A stretch of DNA of 64,000 bases from Coprothermobacterota bacterium (GTDB taxonomy: Bacteria > Coprothermobacterota > HKB111), in assembly GCA_037440465.1 (NCBI GenBank), contig JBBIUB010000007.1:1-64000 (forward strand), given 5' to 3'. How positions within the stretch are numbered: the first letter of the stretch is position 1; every line of letters begins with the position of its first letter. The notes below the pieces were generated by a model, which was given only the letters and a program-made list of their open reading frames with translations, did not search any database and was not told the origin of the DNA. A program made the translations under genes and the position numbers. This document shows, one piece after another, positions 1 to 8,965 of the stretch.

Positions 1-598
1 TATTGAAAAACTCGCTCAATTTAGATTGATGAATTACGGGCACTTTAGGGGAAAACACCTTAAGCTCAACATTTGGCTTAGTAAATACAACTATTGTGTT
101 AACCCAAATATTAAAACCGCTTTCCTTAAGATATTTGCTTAATGCTACTGAATGTCCTGCCCCCTGCTTAACAGGATTATAAAACGGTTTCGTATAAAAT
201 TTGATAACCTGATGCCATTTTTGTTTTTCTGCATTACCATATATAGTGCCTCGATAATTTTTTGTCTCTATGGTATATACACCTTTAGGACAAACGACTA
301 TGTGGTCAATTTGAGAACTCCCAACAATCATGTCATTAAACACGTACCAATTGTCTGGAAAACTAGACAGCACTTTAGTTACGAGATTTTCTCCAGTTGC
401 TCCAATATGAAAGTTAAGTCCACTAAGCATAAGGCTACTCCCCACAATTAAAAAAAATATTCCAACTAATGCTAATTCCCATAGATTGAAAGATGCTATT
501 ATCATTATCACGCCTATAACAAAGAGCACTAAACCAGCTCCTGCTCTTTTCTTGAAAGCAGATTTAAGACTTTCTTGCTGCTTCATTATTCTTGCCAT
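1..598 (-). CDS. NERD (nuclease-related domain) protein with N-terminal transmembrane segments; 3' end runs off the window
   Basis: Absent from the ORF track. Hand translation from ATG 598 is open to the edge: MARIMKQQ...GATGENLV...WYVFND...QIDHIVVCPKGVYTIETKNYRG...FYNPVKQ, the NERD GE / IDH / IETK / NPxxQ pattern. Confidence 0.85.
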   Translation of the reverse strand, partial: MARIMKQQESLKSAFKKRAGAGLVLFVIGVIMIIASFNLWELALVGIFFLIVGSSLMLSGLNFHIGATGENLVTKVLSSFPDNWYVFNDMIVGSSQIDHIVVCPKGVYTIETKNYRGTIYGNAEKQKWHQVIKFYTKPFYNPVKQGAGHSVALSKYLKESGFNIWVNTIVVFTKPNVELKVFSPKVPVIHQSKLSEFFN

Positions 599-645
599 AA
601 TGTTCTTAACTCTTAACAGCACACATTTTTATAAAATTGACGTAG

Positions 646-696
646 TTTCGCCTAACTCGTTCATATCCGCAGTACTTCGTCTATACTGCTGATATG
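646..696 (-). other. Integron attI-like (or degenerate attC) recombination site upstream of the NERD gene
   Basis: Minus-strand GTTAGGC core (GTTRRRY). 646-662 is identical over 17 bp to 54993-55009. Adjacent inverted repeat CATATC-GCAGTA / TACTGC-GATATG at 662-696. Confidence 0.5.
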
Positions 697-814
697 GAAG
701 TATATGAAAACTATAACTGCAATCCTTCATCATGTCTCGCTTCCTTTGACTCTGTCAATTCCTCCCTTACAATATACTATTTTCCCAAGTGTTGGTTCAC
801 GAGATATAAGGTCT

Positions 815-2071
815 TTATAGGCTGATAAAGTCATCTTCGTAGGGATTCTTTGTGGCCAGCTCTTTGTATAATAATGCACTCTTTCTTGGTTTTCTTTCCT
901 GGGTTCGGAAATCCACTTCAAAGAGACCAAAACGCATAGAATAACCCTCCACCCATTCAAAATTATCCATCAGGGACCAGTACATATAACCAATGAGTTC
1001 AACACCTTCTTTTATTGCCTTAACCATTGCTTTCACACTTTCCCTTAGAAATTCGGACCTTAATTTATCTTCTCTATCAGCTATACCGTTTTCTGTAATC
1101 ATTATAGGTAGGTTGAAGGGCTTTAACTTCATAATAGCTTCGTGTAATCCCTGGGGATAATACTCATAACCAAAGTCGGTGAGAGGGAAATCTTTTTTAA
1201 CTTCTACAGGTCCTTTTAATGTGAACTTGATAAAACCCCTCGTATAATAATTTAAACCTATATAATCCAGTTTATTTTTAAGATTGGGATTGAATTCATT
1301 ATTACCAAGTGGTCTTCTGATAATACCGTCTGTAAATGGATTTAAAAAAGCAATATTAAAATAATTATTTACTAATTTAGCCAGCCAGATGTCCAGAGGA
1401 TTACAGGAAGCTGGATTAAAAATTACTATGTTATGGGCAATGGAAATCATACTATCTGGTTTTACTTCTTTTATTATGTCATATGCCTTAGCATGCGCAA
1501 AAAGAAGGTTTCTCATTACCTTAAATGCCCGTCTCATATTTTTAATTCCAGGAGGCCATGCACCTGTTAAGTAACCCATATAGGCTAAAATGACTGGCTC
1601 ATTTATAGTTATCCAATATTTAACATAATCTTTAAAATATGGAATTACTCTTTTCACAAATGATGCAAAAATAGCTGGGAATTCTTTACTTTCTACACCA
1701 CCGATATTTTTAAGCCAAAGTGGGATTGTAAAGTGATGTAAGGTTAAAACAGGTTCAATATCCTGTTTTCTTAACTCTTCTAGCATTTCAACATAGTGTT
1801 CTATCTCCTTTTCATCAAACTCACCCTGTTCAGGTTCTATTCGTGACCACTCAATTGAAAACCTGTAGGAATTATTATTCAAAAACTTTATCATGGAATA
1901 ATCTTCTTTAAACCTGTGATAATGATTGCATGCTACATATGATGAATCACCTGTCTTTATCTTCCCCATCTTTTCCCATTCCCACCAGTCATTGTTAAAG
2001 TTTCCACCTTCAACCTGATGGCTTGAAGTAGCAGAACCCCATAAAAAGTTTTTCTTTGTGTTTTTTTTCAT
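815..2071 (-). CDS. Glycoside hydrolase family 1 beta-glucosidase
   Basis: FLWGSATSSHQVEG, RFSIEWSRI, TINEP (acid/base), ITENG (nucleophile), WSLMDNFEW. Confidence 0.95.
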   Translation of the reverse strand: MKKNTKKNFLWGSATSSHQVEGGNFNNDWWEWEKMGKIKTGDSSYVACNHYHRFKEDYSMIKFLNNNSYRFSIEWSRIEPEQGEFDEKEIEHYVEMLEELRKQDIEPVLTLHHFTIPLWLKNIGGVESKEFPAIFASFVKRVIPYFKDYVKYWITINEPVILAYMGYLTGAWPPGIKNMRRAFKVMRNLLFAHAKAYDIIKEVKPDSMISIAHNIVIFNPASCNPLDIWLAKLVNNYFNIAFLNPFTDGIIRRPLGNNEFNPNLKNKLDYIGLNYYTRGFIKFTLKGPVEVKKDFPLTDFGYEYYPQGLHEAIMKLKPFNLPIMITENGIADREDKLRSEFLRESVKAMVKAIKEGVELIGYMYWSLMDNFEWVEGYSMRFGLFEVDFRTQERKPRKSALLYKELATKNPYEDDFISL

Positions 2072-3003
2072 TTCTTATAATTTTTTACCTCCTCAATATA
2101 TGTTGAAGCCAAAATATTTTGGAAATAATTCAAATTAACCCTCCCACCTTCATAAAGCGTTACATTGCTCATTGATGCAGCAAGGGCTTTTTTGCAAGCT
2201 TCAAATAATGATTCATTAAGAGAAAGAAAGTAAACTAATGAGCCCAGGAATGAATCGCCGGTACCTACAGGGTTGACTACAGGGACAGTATAATCAGTAG
2301 AAATCTTATACAAGTAATTATTGTTAAACAATAAAGCTCCCTCTTTCCCCATAGTCAAGCAGATGTTAGGTATTTTATATCTATTAGAAATATCTTTTAA
2401 GGTATCATCAAGGTCATTTTTCTTTACCATAAAACTATCCATAAACTCTTTCTTGTTCAACTTTAGTAAAAAGATATTCCCATTTTTCAAGGTTTCCAGT
2501 AGAGGTTTTCCGGTTAAATCTAGAAAAATCATTTTTCCATCCAGGTCTTCTATAAGATTTCTTACATAACCATCAGGTAATCCTGTGGCAAGGCTACCAG
2601 AAAAAACAAAATAATCAAATAATGAAGATATGTCCTTAAAAAATCTTAGATAATCAGAATAGATCATTTCATTTATTAAAGGTCCCTCTTCATAAATTTC
2701 TGTAATTATTCCATCTTCCTGTATGATTATTAGGCAAACTCTATTTTCTTCTTTTATCTCCTGAAAGATCGGGTTGATTCCTTCTCTAACAAGAGATTCT
2801 TCAATAAATCTACCATTAAATCCACCCTTAAACCCTGTAGTTGAGACAGTTCCCCCCAGTGATTTAATGGCTCGAGCTACATTCACACCCTTCCCACCAG
2901 GTAGAGAAGAAACCAGTTTTATTCTGTTGATTTCTCCTCTTTTAAACCTTTTTACTAAGGCAACCTTGTCTATAGCAAGATTAAGAGTTACTGTAAGTAT
3001 CAT
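2068..3003 (-). CDS. 1-phosphofructokinase / tagatose-6-phosphate kinase family (PfkB) sugar kinase
   Basis: MILTVTLNLAID, GGKGVNVA, SGSL, NPVGTGDSF motifs. Confidence 0.9.
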   Translation of the reverse strand: MILTVTLNLAIDKVALVKRFKRGEINRIKLVSSLPGGKGVNVARAIKSLGGTVSTTGFKGGFNGRFIEESLVREGINPIFQEIKEENRVCLIIIQEDGIITEIYEEGPLINEMIYSDYLRFFKDISSLFDYFVFSGSLATGLPDGYVRNLIEDLDGKMIFLDLTGKPLLETLKNGNIFLLKLNKKEFMDSFMVKKNDLDDTLKDISNRYKIPNICLTMGKEGALLFNNNYLYKISTDYTVPVVNPVGTGDSFLGSLVYFLSLNESLFEACKKALAASMSNVTLYEGGRVNLNYFQNILASTYIEEVKNYKK

Positions 3004-4712
3004 TGCTTTATGAACAGCCTGGTTTCAAAAGGCAAGAGAGTATCGCTATTTTTGTCTCCAAATATTTCATTGAATCCTTCTTCCCTGATAATTTTTCCAA
3101 TGGTTGGGAATATATTTATCCATCCACTGACTTCACCCACATTAGAATATCCTTTAAAATGAAATATTTTAGTGTGAAATCTTCCATCTGTTAGAGTGAA
3201 ATCCCTATAGTCTTGAAGCTTTTTCAGTAAACTAAGTGAATCATGAGTTATTAAATCAATTGGGTCAGAAAAAGAAAAGTAGGGAGCAAGAAAGTAGTTA
3301 CTTATGATCAGAGTCCTTTTTTGTTCTTTTAATAGAGAGGAGTCTCTAAGTATAGCTACATCAGGGTCATTAAGGAAGAAATGCCCATTTAAGAAATGAC
3401 GGGTCAAAGTATTTTGAAGACAGTTAAAAGCTGAGACCATTCCTTCAAAACCTAAAATCTTACCAAGAGGATCTATCCATTTATTTGATATATCAGGTCC
3501 AATTCTTAGTATATCGTAAAAATTATCTGATAGTATAAGAGGCGCCCCACAACCTAAAAGTTTTTCTTCCCCTACGCTCTCTCTAAGTATACGCATACCT
3601 GCATCAAAAATCTCTCTACGGGAGAGATTCTTCATAAAGTGGCTACCCTTTATGCAAAGAGAGTAAAGGAAGTCAAATTTAAAGAGTTCAAAGCCACAAT
3701 TTTTCAGATAACCTATCCTGTCTTGTAAATAAGCTATTACTTCTGGATGGGTGGGGTCTAAAGCATAAAAAAAACCACTCCAGAGAGGATTGAAACCAGC
3801 TATTTTAAATCTGCCCTTTGAATCTTTCAATATCCAGTCTTTTTTATTTTTAAGTAAAGATGATTTTTTTTCAACCACGAAAGGTGCCATCCAGATGCCT
3901 GGTTTAACGTTTTTGTCTTTTATCTTATTTACTAATTCTAATAGACCACCCTTAAATTTTTCATTTTCATACCAATCACCAATGTTTTTTTCCCAGCCAT
4001 CATCTATTTGAAAATAATCAAGTTTTATTGGTAAAAGGTCAAGGAGATTAAGGTTTTTCAGAATTATTTCATCTGTTATTCTTGTATAGTAATAATACCA
4101 ACTACACCAGGTAGTGGTCTTCTCGGGTTGTTTAGGAGTAGAACTTACTTGAAATGAATTGCTCCATATAAGATTTAGAAACTTAAAATCTCCTTCTATT
4201 TCTTTATCAATCTCCACTATCAATTTAAGAATCTTATCTTCTGGTTGATACAAAAAGTGATTTAAAGTTATGCTATTATCGAGAGGGATTAAATATAGAA
4301 ATTCTTCATCATTTCTCAGATAAGTAAAGAAATGGCTCAAGTATGATTCCTTTTCTTCTCTTATAAATTCAGCTGGGTCGTAGCAATGAAGCTTGAGAGC
4401 AGGGAACCAGCTTTTAGGAAATCTTTCTGTTCCTTTAACCTCCATAGATGGAGACCAGGATTGAAAGCCATTTCTGAAAAAAAGAAACTGACTGGGTTTT
4501 ACTATTTTAAAGGTTAAAATTATTCTATTTACATGAGTTCTTTCCTTTACTGAAAGAAAACCAATTAGATTACGATTATTCTGGTGAAAGGTGGCTTGTA
4601 GTTCATCACCATTTATCATCTGGTCTTTCGTTTTAATTCGTTTTTTATCGGTTTCAATAGAAAGAGATTTTAGTTGTAATAGAAATTTATTGATTTCTAT
4701 TGCCATAATCAT
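3000..4712 (-). CDS. Glycoside hydrolase family 36 alpha-galactosidase
   Basis: WCSWYYY, QIDDGW, PGIWMAPF, FKFDF (nucleophile), RIGPD, NDPD. Confidence 0.88.
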   Translation of the reverse strand: MIMAIEINKFLLQLKSLSIETDKKRIKTKDQMINGDELQATFHQNNRNLIGFLSVKERTHVNRIILTFKIVKPSQFLFFRNGFQSWSPSMEVKGTERFPKSWFPALKLHCYDPAEFIREEKESYLSHFFTYLRNDEEFLYLIPLDNSITLNHFLYQPEDKILKLIVEIDKEIEGDFKFLNLIWSNSFQVSSTPKQPEKTTTWCSWYYYYTRITDEIILKNLNLLDLLPIKLDYFQIDDGWEKNIGDWYENEKFKGGLLELVNKIKDKNVKPGIWMAPFVVEKKSSLLKNKKDWILKDSKGRFKIAGFNPLWSGFFYALDPTHPEVIAYLQDRIGYLKNCGFELFKFDFLYSLCIKGSHFMKNLSRREIFDAGMRILRESVGEEKLLGCGAPLILSDNFYDILRIGPDISNKWIDPLGKILGFEGMVSAFNCLQNTLTRHFLNGHFFLNDPDVAILRDSSLLKEQKRTLIISNYFLAPYFSFSDPIDLITHDSLSLLKKLQDYRDFTLTDGRFHTKIFHFKGYSNVGEVSGWINIFPTIGKIIREEGFNEIFGDKNSDTLLPFETRLFIKQ

Positions 4713-6079
4713 TTTTTATTATTTTGCTCCATCTCTTTTCTTACTTCTTCCATAGTTTTATTAACTCTTTCAATATCTTTTGATAAGGTTAAAGTTAGAA
4801 CAAAAAAGAGGATTCCGCAGGGTATCCAGAATAGTGCTGATGTCCTCATCGCAAAATCTAAACCAAAAGAAGCAGAGAGTAAGCCTCCGATAAATGGCCC
4901 AAAACCAGCTCCTATGGAGTCTGTAAGATTAAATATGGAAGATATTCCTCCTCTGTGCTCAGGCAGGTTAACATTTGTAAGCATAGCATGAACATTAGGA
5001 CCAGCTACAGCTATTAAAGAAGCGCCCAGAAATCCCATAAGAGCAGGAGGTAATATGTCAGTAAATCCGGGATTTAACGGTGCTTTCCAGGCAAGAGTGG
5101 CAATAATTGGAATAACTCCTACCAATTGGGCTACTCCACAGAAAACAGGAAGATATCTTCTGTCTTTTAGATATAACCAATTCCCTATAATACCTCCAAA
5201 AATGTTTCCAAAAATAACTCCCAGGCCAAGTATAAGCAAAAGAACCGTTGCCATTTCAACTGATAAGTTTTTGTACCTTACATAAAAAGCTATAAGAAAG
5301 TAGGGGATTATTCCCCAGGCTACTGTCCCCGGTATACCCTGGATAAAAAGCCAGATATTTGATGGAATTTTGATCATTCTTACATAATCTTTTAACTCCA
5401 GAGTTCTTGCATACTCTTTACCACTAAGAACCAGGTCTTTTACAGCCAGTTCTCCACCACCTCTTTTTGGTTCTTTACCACCTAAAATCATAGCCAGAAT
5501 GAAGAAAAAGTTTGGAACAGACACGATAATAAAAGGCAATCTCCAACCATAGGTAGGTCCTATAAAACCTGCAACCAGCATACCAATAAGAACTCCTACC
5601 GCTCCCATAGCCTGATACCAGGCTTGAGCCCTCGGTCTCTGTTTCTCGGTGAATAAATCACCTAACATTGAAAAAGCTATTGGTACTAAACCACCAATAC
5701 CTACACCAGTTAAAATACGCAAAATAAGGAGTTCTTCATAGTTTCTGGCGAAGGCAGTTAATAAACAGGGGATTTCACCTACTAAAATTGCAGCTATGAG
5801 AAGCCATTTCCTGGAATATTTATCACTTAAATATCCCCAAAGAATAGTAACTACCGCAGCTACTAAGGTAAAAGCAGAGCCTACCAAACCGATCTCTCTA
5901 TCCCCTATTTGAAATTCTTTCTGTATAGCTGGTATTGCAGGAGACATTACCATCTGATCAGCTCGTAAAATTATCAACATGAAAAATAGTAGAGCAAAAG
6001 TTCTTATTATCCCTTTTTCAAAACTGTAAATTTCACTTAATCCTAATCTTTTAAAAATTTTCAAAGTATCAACCTCCAA
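4709..6079 (-). CDS. MFS transporter
   Basis: About 12 hydrophobic segments; motif A-like GYLSDKYSRK; RILTGVG. Confidence 0.92.
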   Translation of the reverse strand: MEVDTLKIFKRLGLSEIYSFEKGIIRTFALLFFMLIILRADQMVMSPAIPAIQKEFQIGDREIGLVGSAFTLVAAVVTILWGYLSDKYSRKWLLIAAILVGEIPCLLTAFARNYEELLILRILTGVGIGGLVPIAFSMLGDLFTEKQRPRAQAWYQAMGAVGVLIGMLVAGFIGPTYGWRLPFIIVSVPNFFFILAMILGGKEPKRGGGELAVKDLVLSGKEYARTLELKDYVRMIKIPSNIWLFIQGIPGTVAWGIIPYFLIAFYVRYKNLSVEMATVLLLILGLGVIFGNIFGGIIGNWLYLKDRRYLPVFCGVAQLVGVIPIIATLAWKAPLNPGFTDILPPALMGFLGASLIAVAGPNVHAMLTNVNLPEHRGGISSIFNLTDSIGAGFGPFIGGLLSASFGLDFAMRTSALFWIPCGILFFVLTLTLSKDIERVNKTMEEVRKEMEQNNKK

Positions 6080-7721
6080 TATTATTTATATTTTTTGAAA
6101 TTATTACTTCATAAGGTTTCATTGTAATATAGTCAGAGTTTATCAAACCACTTCTCCTGGAATTTAAAGAAAGGCAGATTGATAATTCTTGAACTTCACT
6201 AAACCGGATTACCTCCTCTTTTTCTGATAAATTTAGCAAAATAATTGTGAATTCATTATCTATTGTACGCTTGTAGCTAAGTACTTTACTATTATTTGAA
6301 TTCAAAAACTCTAAAGATCCACTCTTCAAAACAGGTGAATTTTTTCTAAGCCAGATGAGTTTACGATAGGTATTGAGAAGGCTTTCCGGCTCTTTATCCT
6401 GAGTTAATACATTATTGATTCTAAAATCTGAATTAATCGGAAGCCAGGGAAGTCGGGTGGAAAAACCAGCATTAGGTGTATCGTCCCATTGCATTGGAGT
6501 CCTACAACCATCACGTCCCTTGTAAAGGGGCCAGAACTTTTTTCCTGGTGGGTCTTTTATCATTTTTCTGGGGATTTTTCCTTCTCTCATTCCTATCTCT
6601 TCTCCATAATAAATAACTGGAGTACCACGTAAAGTTAATAGCATTGTTATAGCAACTTTGGCTATTGCTACTGAGTTTGCACTTTTTCCATACCTGGAAA
6701 TATGGCGGACTATATCGTGGTTACTTAATACATAAGTAGGCCAGGCCCAGGATGGCAGAGCCTTCTCCCATTCCTGTATGATTTTTTTAAAAGACTCAGA
6801 TTTCCAGGGAGAGTGTAGAAAATCAAAATTAAAAGATAGGTGAAGTCCATCATTGTCTTTGCCATAATATTTAGTTGCCATTTCTGTATTATTATCACTA
6901 CCAACTTCTCCAAGAAGAAGTTTTTCTCCATAGGAATCTACCAGCTCCCTCATTTCTTTGAGAAGATCATACATTTCTTCCTGGTCTTTATCATATAAGT
7001 GAATTTGGCTTCCATAGGGATATAAAAAGTTTGTTATCCAATCTTTAATATTATCTGGTTTCTTCATAGGATTATTTCGAAAAAGAGCATCCTTAAAATA
7101 AAAATTAACCACATCCAGTCTGAAACCATCTACTCCCATTTCTAACCAGAATTTTATTATGTCGTAGACAGCTTCTTTTACTTGAGGGTTTCTCCAGTTT
7201 AAATCAGGTTGTTCTTTAAGAAAGGAATGAAGATAGTATTCTTCAGTATTTGCATTATATTCCCACGCAGGACCACCAAAGCATGATTGCCAGTTATTGG
7301 GGGGGTTTCTCTTGATACCAGTGTGCCATATATACCAATCGTGTTTAGGATTATTCTTTGAACTACGCGATTCTAAAAACCAAGGATGCTGGTCTGAAGT
7401 GTGATTAACTACTAAATCCATAATGACCTTGATATTGCGCTTATGACATTCATCCAGAAGTATTTTGAAATCAGAGGTGTTTCCAAATATGGGGTCAATG
7501 CTTCTATAGTCAGAAATATCATAACCAAAATCCTGCATTGGTGATGAATTCACAGGAGACAGCCAGATAGCATCAATCCCCAAAGATTTATCGGTTCCGT
7601 CGTTGAGATAATCAAGTTTATCAATTATTCCTGGTATATCACCTATTCTGTCATCATTAGTATCCTTGTAACTTCGAGGATATATTTGATAGATGACCCC
7701 TTCTTTCCACCAGGTTTTCAT
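6069..7721 (-). CDS. GH13 alpha-glucosidase / oligo-1,6-glucosidase
   Basis: WWKEGVIYQIYPRS, DLVVNHTS, QPDLNW, GFRLDVVN, SNHD, RDGCRTPMQW. Confidence 0.95.
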   Translation of the reverse strand: MKTWWKEGVIYQIYPRSYKDTNDDRIGDIPGIIDKLDYLNDGTDKSLGIDAIWLSPVNSSPMQDFGYDISDYRSIDPIFGNTSDFKILLDECHKRNIKVIMDLVVNHTSDQHPWFLESRSSKNNPKHDWYIWHTGIKRNPPNNWQSCFGGPAWEYNANTEEYYLHSFLKEQPDLNWRNPQVKEAVYDIIKFWLEMGVDGFRLDVVNFYFKDALFRNNPMKKPDNIKDWITNFLYPYGSQIHLYDKDQEEMYDLLKEMRELVDSYGEKLLLGEVGSDNNTEMATKYYGKDNDGLHLSFNFDFLHSPWKSESFKKIIQEWEKALPSWAWPTYVLSNHDIVRHISRYGKSANSVAIAKVAITMLLTLRGTPVIYYGEEIGMREGKIPRKMIKDPPGKKFWPLYKGRDGCRTPMQWDDTPNAGFSTRLPWLPINSDFRINNVLTQDKEPESLLNTYRKLIWLRKNSPVLKSGSLEFLNSNNSKVLSYKRTIDNEFTIILLNLSEKEEVIRFSEVQELSICLSLNSRRSGLINSDYITMKPYEVIISKNINNIGG

Positions 7722-7764
7722 TCAAAATCATCCTTTATCTTATTCATTTTTTCAATCATAGGAA

Positions 7765-8739
7765 CTATATTTCTTCACCTCTTGTTTTTAAAAATGCTAA
7801 CTTTGCAGCACCCATTACACCAGCATTTAAACCTAATGAGGATTTTACTATCCTGGCACTCTGAAAGGGTATATCTAAAGAGTATAGTTGCGATACACTC
7901 ATTATTCCCGGATAGATAATATCCCAGGTTTCAGTTATACCACCACCAATGATTACTTTTTCTGGATTAAAAATATTGATTAGATAAGATATAACCAGGC
8001 CTGTATAGTGTGCAGACATCTCAAAGGCTTCCAAACTTAATCTATCACCTTTTCGAGCAGCTTCTGCGATTATAGAAGTGTTTATTTTGTTTTCATCTCC
8101 ATCAACTAAGTCAAAAAGAATAGTTTTTCTTTTCTTTTTAATTCCATAAAGCACATTATTTAAAATTGCTTTCCCTGAAGCTAGCGATTCGTAACATCCT
8201 TTTTTACCGCAACCACATTCTATTCCTCTCTCTTGAAGCGTAATATGGCCTATCTCTCCAGAAAGGTTGTCTGCTCCTCTATAAAGTTTTCCATCTATAA
8301 ATATTGCTCCACCAATACCAGTCCCAAGGGTAATAAATATGAAATTTCTTACGTCTCTTCCTTCACCGTAGATTTTTTCACCTAAAGCACCCATTTTGAC
8401 ATCATTGTCTAAAAAGGTCTCTAATCCTGTTGTTTCTTCAATAAAGCATTTCATTGGAAAATTTCTAACAAAAGAAATGTTTGCGGATTCATGAACAATA
8501 CCTTTTTGATGATCAACTAAACCAGCAGACCCTAACCCAAGTGCTACGGGATTCATTGATTTGAGAGAAGCAATATTCTTGATTTCTTTTATTAACTCTA
8601 TGAGATTTGAAATATTGTCTCCTGTAAAAGATATTTTAGTAAGGTAAATAATACCCTCCTTATCCATTAGAATTCCTTTTATCTTTGTTCCTCCAAAATC
8701 AATTCCTATGGCTACATCTTTCATATACCCCTTCCTCAC
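7765..8739 (-). CDS. ROK family sugar kinase (glucokinase-like), no HTH domain
   Basis: GIDFGGTKI, LGTGIGG, GEIGH, CGCGKKGCYE zinc motif. Confidence 0.92.
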   Translation of the reverse strand: MRKGYMKDVAIGIDFGGTKIKGILMDKEGIIYLTKISFTGDNISNLIELIKEIKNIASLKSMNPVALGLGSAGLVDHQKGIVHESANISFVRNFPMKCFIEETTGLETFLDNDVKMGALGEKIYGEGRDVRNFIFITLGTGIGGAIFIDGKLYRGADNLSGEIGHITLQERGIECGCGKKGCYESLASGKAILNNVLYGIKKKRKTILFDLVDGDENKINTSIIAEAARKGDRLSLEAFEMSAHYTGLVISYLINIFNPEKVIIGGGITETWDIIYPGIMSVSQLYSLDIPFQSARIVKSSLGLNAGVMGAAKLAFLKTRGEEI

Positions 8740-8965
8740 TTTCTATCAATATTACCTTTTGATAGTTATTTCTTGAGTTTTGTTACGACCTCTGTACGTT
8801 TATTACACAGGGTTGTAATTACTTTTATATTATAAGGTTTTTATAGTAGAGATAGTTAAGGTGTTTAAGATATGTTTGCGTAAAAGCCTGGAAGGTTATG
8901 TTATATAATAAAATAAGGGGTTTTGGATTAACCCTTTAGATTACCACAAAGGAGTGTGTAAAGGT

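Noticed and set aside
1618..1645. ATTTAACATAA, an exact XerD arm, as a second dif
   Set aside because: It lies inside the GH1 coding sequence and has no matching XerC arm at 6-bp spacing.
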